Positions 1 to 7,558 of a stretch of 32,307 bases of DNA are shown piece after piece. The translations under genes and the position numbers were made by a program. The notes beneath the pieces were generated by a model. The model ran no database searches. It saw only the letters and a program-made list of their open reading frames with translations, and was not told where the DNA came from. The DNA is from Octopus sinensis (taxonomy: Eukaryota), in NCBI RefSeq assembly GCF_006345805.1, contig NW_021829590.1, forward strand, positions 1 to 32,307, given 5' to 3'. The stretch's first letter is position 1; each line of letters starts with the position of its first letter.

Positions 1-99
1 AACAGATGTGTTGCAAATGTATCTAATTGTTCTCAAGCTTCAAATTTACTCTCTTCCAAGAACATTTCACTCACTCTTATTTGTTAGCTTCCCATACAT

Positions 100-413
100 T
101 TTACTCATGTATCTATCAGCGTTCATGGACAGTAACAAATATTACATCTAGTTTCATTTTATTCGTTACACAGTGTGTGTGTGCGTTGCGTGTGCTGTAA
201 ACCAGACTAAGAAAAGCATTTGACACACACACCAGAATGTGAGTTTCTGTAAATTTTGCTTAATTGGAGTTTAAAAATTTAAAAACTGGAGCTGGCATGA
301 CGCGATGCATTGTCTCTAAATTGCTAGGTAAATTGTAATTGAAGAAATCCTATATTGTAGATTTGTATAACTCCCAAAGGGGGCAGATAAAATCTGCCTT
401 TTATAATAAGAGA
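100..413 (-). mobile_element. Helitron-like family 2, partial copy
   Basis: Begins A|TCTCTTATTATAAAAGG at an (AT)n tract, with the 8-bp-stem hairpin aggcagat-ttt-atctgcct. Homologous to 506-780 and 4027-4732. The distal boundary is approximate. Confidence 0.55.
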
Positions 414-440
414 TATATATATATACATATATATATATAC

Positions 441-471
<31 letters not shown>

Positions 472-505
472 CATATATATATACATATATATATATATAC
501 ATATA

Positions 506-1003
506 TCTTTTATTATAAAAGGCAGATTTTATCTGCCTCCCTTTGGGAGTTATACAAATCTACAATATAGCATTTCTTGAATTACAATTTACCTTGCACT
601 TTTAAGAGTACAATGCATCGCGTCATGCCAGGTCCAGTTTTTTAAAATTTAACTCCAGTTAAGCAAAATTTACAGAAAACTCACATTCTGTGTGGTGTGT
701 CAAATGCTTTTCTTAGTCTGGTTTACAGCACACGCAAACGCACCACACACTGGGCAACGAATAAAATGAAAGTAATTGACTTACTGTAGTGAGTGATTCT
801 TTCACTCCGCCTCCCACTTCCTCTTTCCACACAGACACGCAATAAAATATAAATAAAATTGTAACTAAACGTGCGGGTGTGTGAGTGGGGGGTGTGGTGG
901 GTGGGTGTGCGCGTTGTGTTTGTGTGAGGGTGCGTGTGTGTGTGCGTGTGTGTGTGACAGGAAAGTTTTTTTACGACGAATATAACACCTATATCCAAGT
1001 AGC
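506..1003 (+). mobile_element. Helitron-like family 2 copy, inverted relative to 100-413
   Basis: A|TC start at 506. The first 270 bp or so are the reverse complement of 149-413. The right boundary is uncertain and no CTAG end was seen. Confidence 0.5.
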
Positions 1004-1013
1004 AGAAAGAATG

Positions 1014-1484
1014 AGACAGTAAGGTGTGATTTGAGGGATTTGGCTGCTATTTCTACCATGTCTAGCTGCCATGTAGGGGTCTCCCTCATAGGCTCATACA
1101 TACATATATACATAGATAAGACAGTAAGTGTGATTTGGGGGAAATTTGGCTGCTATTTCTACCAGGTCTAGCTGCCATGTAGGGGTCTCCCTCATAGGCT
1201 CATACATACATATACATAGATAAGACAGTAAGGTGTGATTTGGGGGAAATTTGGCTGCTATTTCTACCAGGTCTAGCTGCCATGTAGGGGTCTCCCTCAT
1301 AGGCTCATACATACATATATACATAGATAAACAGTAAGGTGTGATTTGGGGGAAATTTGGCTGCTATTTCTACCAGGTCTAGCTACCATGTAGAGGTCCC
1401 CCTCATTGGCTCATAATATATATACATACATAAGACAGTAAGGTGTGATTTGAGGGAGATTTGGCTGCTGTTTCTACCAGGTCT
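1014..1484 (+). repeat. Tandem array of about 4.5 units of about 105 bp, derived from a SINE-like segment
   Basis: Units start near 1014, 1119, 1223, 1330 and 1433. The core taaggtgtgatttgagggagatttggctgctatttcta also occurs singly near 28560 and 28790. Confidence 0.85.
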
Positions 1485-1846
1485 GTTAGGCCTTCTCATG
1501 TAAACTCAAGCTTCTCATGCCTTCAACATATGACCAAAGCAGAGAATGTATTCTTTTATTCTTCTGCTTTTCCAGCCATTGGTCTGTGGCCATGCTGGGG
1601 CAATGCCTTGAAGAATTGTAGTTTAATGAATCAACTCCAGTTTTATTTTTGTAAGCATTGTACTTATTCTATCTGTTTCCTTTGTCAAACCACTAGGTGA
1701 CAGGGATGTAAACAAACCAACATTCGTTGTCAAGCATGGTGGAGGACAATCACAAGCACAGACACGCACACACACACACATACATGCATACACATATACA
1801 CACATACATACATACATACATATATATATATGTGTGTATATATATA

Positions 1847-2109
1847 TTGCAGCGCGGAAGGTGTTTGTAAGCCATTTAAGAAACACACAAAAACTGTTAC
1901 ATTCAGTTCAACATTTAAATTTAATTTGCCAAAATATTTTCGTCGCTTTGAGACCGCGACCTGTTCACACTGACAAAAATATCGTGCTAACAGGTCGCTC
2001 GGTCTCAAAGCGACGAAAATATTTTGACAATTAAATTTAAATGTTGAAGTGAATCTAACGGTTTTTTGTGTGTTTCTTAAATGGCTTATAAACACCTTCA
2101 ACGCTGCAA
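1847..2109. mobile_element. Fold-back MITE: inverted arms of about 119 bp with a 23-nt spacer
   Basis: ttgcagcg...gcgacctgtt (1847-1965) is the near-perfect reverse complement of aacaggtcgc...cgctgcaa (1989-2109). Confidence 0.85.
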
Positions 2110-2270
2110 CTGTTTTCGTTCCAGCACACGATCTCAGATCAAGTCACTTGCTATGCAAGTACATCTCTGTAACTATATATATATTTATATATATATATAT
2201 ATGTATATTGGTAAAAACAGTAAATAACAAAAGAAAGAAAGAGACCTCAATATTATGTAAATAGAGGAAA

Positions 2271-2663
2271 TCTTTATATATAAAAGTGAGGTTGTGTGTC
2301 TGTCTCCTACGATTTAGATTCCTAACTACTCCCACATTTTGCGGTGCAGTTTAACCAAAACCGGTATCTTATAGTCGTGATTCATATCGAGACCGTCTGG
2401 GTATTAGCGCGCATCTACGATGAGTCTACGATTAAAAAAAAATTTACCATCAATTTTTCCCATTGTTAATCCATTTTTGACATATATAAGGGAAGTAACT
2501 CTCTAAAATTTATTATTAAATCTCAGAATGTAAAAAGCTACAGTAACACCCCTCCGCCTTTGTGGTTAGCCATATTGAGATGGCTATTATACTTTACATC
2601 TCTAAAAATGCTTATATAATTATTTCCCTTACAAACCCGAGCAACGCCGGGCGATACTGCTAG
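2271..2663 (+). mobile_element. Non-autonomous Helitron-like element H1 (393 bp)
   Basis: A|TC 5' end, and a GC hairpin cccgagcaacgccggg 8 nt before the 3' CTAG|T. No TSD. Confidence 0.8.
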
Positions 2664-2831
2664 TATATATATATATATATATATATATAGATAGATATAT
2701 AGATATATATATATAGATAGATATATAGATATATATATATAGATAGATATATAGATATATATATAGATAGATATATAGATATAAAGATATATATAGAGAT
2801 ATATAGATATATATATAGATATATATATATA
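2664..2831. repeat. (AT)n/(ATAG)n microsatellite between H1 and H2
   Basis: Directly visible. Similar tracts at 414-505, 4733-4845, 14776-14814 and 30620-30672. Confidence 0.98.
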
Positions 2832-3227
2832 CTAGCAGTATCGCCCGGCGTTGCTCGGGTTGTAAGGGAAATAACTATATAAGCATTTTTAGAGAGTTAT
2901 AGCCAAAAAATAGCAAAAAAAAATGCATTAAAAATTGAAAAAAAATTAAGGTAAAATTTTTTTAAATCGTTGACACATCGTAGATATTTTTAGAGAGTTA
3001 CTTCCCTTATATAAAAGCGAAAAAAATGCATTAAAATGGAAAAATATGATGGTAATTTTTTTTTAAATCGTAGACTCATCGTAGACGCGCGCTAATACCC
3101 AGAAGGGCTCGATATGAATCACGACTATAAGATACCCGCTTTTGGTTAAACTGCACCGCAAAATGTGGGAGTAATTACGAATGTAAATCGAAGGGGACAG
3201 ACACACAACTTCACTCTTATATAAAGA
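2832..3227 (-). mobile_element. Non-autonomous Helitron-like element H2 (396 bp), same termini as H1 but a different middle
   Basis: A|TC at 3227, the same hairpin, and CTAG|T at 2832. Internal tandem duplication of about 100 bp (2884-3085). Confidence 0.8.
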
Positions 3228-3589
3228 TGCTTTTTTTTTTCAGTCATAGAGTTAGATTTATGAAGGTCTTCAGTAGAAAATCCTTCGAATTCTGACTCGC
3301 TGCTTGATATAATGAAATTCGTATCCATTTTTGTCAGAATTACAAATTTTGAAAACACAATAGGAACAAATTTCGAAAAAAATCTCCCATAATTCACGGA
3401 ATTAAAATTACACTTCGATTTTTGTACAAAACTGTAGTTGAACTGTTTACGAAGTATAATACGTGTTTTCACGAATGTTCTAAAGAGATTTACTCTGATA
3501 TTCTCATTTAAATATGAATAGGTAAATTCGGGCGGCTTGGTCACATTAACCAAAATTTTTTTCGGGCGGTTTGGTAACGAAAGGGTTAA
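3228..3589 (-). mobile_element. Left end of a piggyBac-like transposon, truncated
   Basis: TTAA|CCCTTTCG terminus (TTAA at 3586-3589). Two subterminal repeats ACCAA(A/G)CCGCCCGAA. Acidic N-terminal peptide MDTNFIISSSESEFEGFSTEDL. The other end was not found. Confidence 0.55.
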
Positions 3590-3823
3590 ACGGATGCATA
3601 CATTTATTAATAACTATATATAAGTGTCGTCTGTTTATACATAAACACTGTTTCATACTGCAATTATATATACATATATCTATATATAATATTATATAAT
3701 AAAATATATACAGAGTAAAATAAAAACCAATTTACCTTTTCTGTATTGTTATTCGACCGTCTGTGTCTTTGCAAATGTGTTGGAACGATAAGTGAGTTGT
3801 GTTTTGGCGCCTTTTTTACTAAT

Positions 3824-4732
3824 AACAAACACACACGTGTTTGTATGTAGTTGTTTGAAACGTTTGTGTTTGCCACTCTCATATATGTATGTGTATGCGT
3901 GTGTGTGAGGAATGACACACACACACTCACGCACGCACACATGTACATCAATGCTTTTATGAGCGTCATAGAGAGAAACAAATATTACATCGCCATTGCA
4001 TTCTATTGTCTACCTGTCAACACACACCCAGTGAATTAGTTTCACTTTATTCGTTGCACACTGTGTGTGTGCGTTTGCGTGTGCTGTAAACCAGACTAAG
4101 AAAAGCATTTGACATACACACCAGAATGTGAGTTTTCTGTAAATTTTGCTTAATTGGAGTTTAAATTTTAAAAACTGGACCTGGCATGCCCCGATGCATT
4201 CTACTCTTAAAAATGCTAGGTAAATTGTAATTGAAGAAATCCTATATTAACAAACACACACGTGTTTGTATGTAGTTGTTTGAAACGTTTGTTTGTCACT
4301 GTCATATATGTATGTGTATGCGTGTGTGTGAGGAATGACACACACACACTCACACACGCACACATGTACATCAATGCTTTTATGAGCGTCATAGAGAGAA
4401 ACAAATATTACATCGCCATCGCATTCTATTGTCTACCTGTCATCAACACACACCCAGTGAATTAGTTTCACTTTATTCGTTGCACACTGTGTGTGTGCGT
4501 TTGCGTGTGCTGTAACCCAAACTAAGAAAAGCATTTGACATATACACCAGAATGTGAGTTTTCTCTAAATTTTGCTTAATTGGGGTTGAAATTTTAAAAA
4601 CCGGACCTGGCAAAACCCGGTGCATTCTACTCTTAAAAATGCTAGGTAAATTGTAATTGAAGAAATCCTATATTGTAGATTTCTATAACTGACAAAGGGA
4701 GGCAGATAAAATCTGCCTTTTATAATAAGAGA
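3824..4732 (-). mobile_element. Helitron-like family 2 copy with an internal 425-bp tandem duplication
   Basis: A|TC at 4732 next to an (AT/ATCT)n tract. Units at 3824-4248 and 4249-4674. The left boundary is uncertain. Confidence 0.55.
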
Positions 4733-4993
4733 TATATATATCTATCTATATATATCTATATATATATCTATCTATCTATATCTATATATATATATATTAT
4801 ATCTATATATATATATATTATATCTATATATATATATATTATATCTATCTTTGTGGTACCAGTGCCGGTGGCACACAAGAACCATCCGAACGTGGCCGTA
4901 GCCAGTACCGCATCGACTGGCCTCCGTGCTGTGGGCACGTAACAAACACCATCCATCTGGCACCTGTGTCGGAGGCACATAAAAACATCATCC

Positions 4994-5592
4994 GAAGACC
5001 CGGCAAGACTAGTCAGGCCATAACCCGTGGCCCCTACCTGGGACGTTGTCAGTCCACCTGTGCATACCTTCCTTCCTTCTTGTGACACTTGTGAAGACCT
5101 GTTGAGGCAAATCAAAATAGATGAACATCAATGGAATTTGTATCTTTGTGGTACCAGTGCCGGTGGCACACAAGAAAACCATCCGAACGTGGCCGTAGCC
5201 AGTACCGCATTGACTGGCCTCCGTGCTGTGGGCACGTAAGAAACCCCATCCGATCGTGGCCGTTCGTCAGCCTCGTCTGGCACCTGTGTCGGTGGCACAT
5301 AAAAACACCATCCGAGCGTGGCCGTTCGCCAGCCTCGTCTGGCACCTGTGTCGGTGGCACATAAAAACACCATCCGAGCGTGGCCGTTCGCCAGCCTCGT
5401 CTGGCACCTGTGTCAGTGGCACATAAAATCACCCACTACACTCTCGGAGTGGTTGGCGTTAGGAAGGGCATCCAGCTGTAGAAACACTGCCAGATCTGAC
5501 TGGCCTGGTGCAGCCTTCGGGCTCCCCAGACCCCAGTTGAACCGTCCAACCCATGCTAGCATGGAAAGCGGACGTTAAATGATGATGATGAT
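4994..5592 (+). mobile_element. 3'UTR-only copy (C) of the same RTE LINE, with a rearranged internal fragment at 4846-4993 in front
   Basis: Reverse complement of 14813-15372 with few differences. Four internal units of about 62 bp. Ends ...gacgttaaatgatgatgatgat. Confidence 0.9.
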
Positions 5593-5771
5593 ATATATCT
5601 ATATATATATATCTATATATATATATCTATCTATATATATTTATATATATATCTATCTATATATATTTATATATATCTATCTATATATATTTATATATAT
5701 ATCTATCTATATATATATATATATATCTCTATATATATATATATATATCTATCTATATATATATATATATA

Positions 5772-5802
<31 letters not shown>

Positions 5803-6420
5803 ATCTATATATATATATCTCTATCTATCTATATATATATATCTCTATCTATCTATATATATATATCTCTATCTATCTATATATATATATATCTATCTAT
5901 CTATATATATATATCTATCTATCTATCTATATAATATAATATCTATCTATATATATATATATATCTATCTATATATCTATCTATATATATATATATATAT
6001 ATCTATCTATCTATCTATCTATCTATATATATATATATATCTATCTCTATCTATATATATATATATATATATATATATCTATATATATATATATATATCT
6101 ATATATATATATATATCTATCTATATATATATCTATCCATATATATATATCTATCTATATATATTCTATCTATATATATATATCTATATCTATCCATATA
6201 TCTATATCTATCCTATATATATATCTATCCATATATATAATCTATCTATCCATATATATATATCTATCTATCCATATATATATATCTATCTATCCATATA
6301 TATATATCTATCTATATATATATATATCTATCTATCTATCTATATATATATCTATCTATCTATATATATATCTATCTATCTATATATATATATCTATCTA
6401 TATATATATATATCTATCTA

Positions 6421-6455
<35 letters not shown>

Positions 6456-6665
6456 ATCTATATATATATATATCTATCTATATATATATATATCTATCTA
6501 TATATAATATATCTATCTATATATATATCTATAGATATATATATATATGTATATCTATATACCTATATATATATATATACATCTATATATCTATATCTAT
6601 ATATATATATATATCTATCTATATATATATAGCAATTGTAGATAGAGAGAAACTCTATATATATA
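5591..6665. repeat. Compound (TA)n/(TATC)n microsatellite of about 1.07 kb
   Basis: Directly visible; it fully explains the I/Y/L/S-rich 366-aa ORF. Confidence 0.98.
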
Positions 6666-6967
6666 TTGTCTGGACCTAGTTGTTTTCTATTTTCATGAAT
6701 TTATATTCTCTGCTATGTCAGCTTGAACTAGCAGATAATTTGAATAAGAATAAAAGATAAAGTTTGCAGTAGAGACAGCTATAATCAATTGAATTGTTCT
6801 TGATATGTGACTGGTACTTATTTTATGAAACCCTCAAAGAATGAAAGGCAAAAATTAACAAATCTGGTGAAGCTGAACTCAAAACATAATTAAACACTAG
6901 TTCCCCCCACATACTACAACCGCCACTGCCACAGCAGCAACAACAACAATCTTATGCTTCAGTTTAC

Positions 6968-7068
6968 CTTTTTACATTGCCACTGTGGGGCAGCACAAGG
7001 TCGAATATCAGTCTCCTGACCACACTGACACTTCTGCTGACTGGTTTTAGGACATGGTGGACAGTCCC
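6968..7068 (-). CDS. NFXL1: NFXL1 coding exon 7 ([33 protein letters not shown]); the gene continues beyond the left window edge
   Basis: tttctAG acceptor and AAG|GTAAAC donor; 101 nt, phase 1 to 0. The seven exons total 1071 nt = 357 codons without a stop. Confidence 0.93.
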
Positions 7069-7259
7069 CTAGAAATATAAAGAATTATAAGTAAAATTAA
7101 ATATTTTTATTACCAATTACGAGTCTACATGAAATGGTTTACAAATAACTACATACTGAAGCATTAATTCTACATAGCATATGTTGAGCTACCTTGTTTT
7201 GTTATTTTTATTATTGAAGTATAATGAGGCAAGAGGATTTATAATTTCTCTGTAACCAT

Positions 7260-7538
7260 TATGGTGTGTGCGCGATTTGAATATAAAGGCACCTACCTTC
7301 TCTTCCTCACGATGGAGACCCTCCAGTGGTAACTAGTCCTTTGACACAGCCCCGACACGAACACTAACGATAGCAGCTGCTAGCCCAAACCCTTAGCGAC
7401 GTCCTCACACGTCTTGTCACCTGGACGACCCACGTTGGAAAAAGCCCAATTGACCGCTGCCTGCGCACGCCTGACAGCTTCCCCTTCCAGTTGCCCCAGC
7501 TTCCGGTCAACACACCCAGCTGCTGACGTCATCCCACA
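7260..7538 (-). repeat. 3' LTR (279 bp) of the Gypsy element
   Basis: Direct repeat of 11157-11419. On the minus strand it is preceded by the purine-rich tract agggtggcg, a probable PPT. Confidence 0.95.
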
Positions 7539-7558
7539 CGCCACCCTGATCTTAAAGA

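Noticed and set aside
148-151. CTAG as the 3' Helitron end of the 100-413 copy
   Set aside because: Homology to the 3824-4732 copy resumes beyond it, so this is an internal deletion junction.
885-910. G-quadruplex-like G-runs
   Set aside because: Only three runs of three or more G, within a degenerate (GT)n tract of a repeat.
1014-1484. CRISPR-like periodicity, also the 62-bp units at 5160-5430
   Set aside because: Whole units repeat with no unique spacers, there are no cas genes, and the context is eukaryotic.
3146-3553. 135-aa minus-strand ORF as a host gene
   Set aside because: Chimera of a piggyBac-like 5' region and the Helitron H2 end; no splice or domain support.
4768-5578. Cluster of overlapping 68-115 aa ORFs, and equivalents at 14843-15386 and 25239-25665
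   Set aside because: Products of the GC-rich, internally repetitive LINE 3'UTR.
5579-6679. 366-aa ORF
   Set aside because: Translation of a TA/TC microsatellite (I/Y/L/S only); not a gene.
1-6967. Next NFXL1 exon (expected VCGK.L.CG.H.C...)
   Set aside because: No matching Cys/His pattern with splice sites was found, so the exon must lie outside the window.
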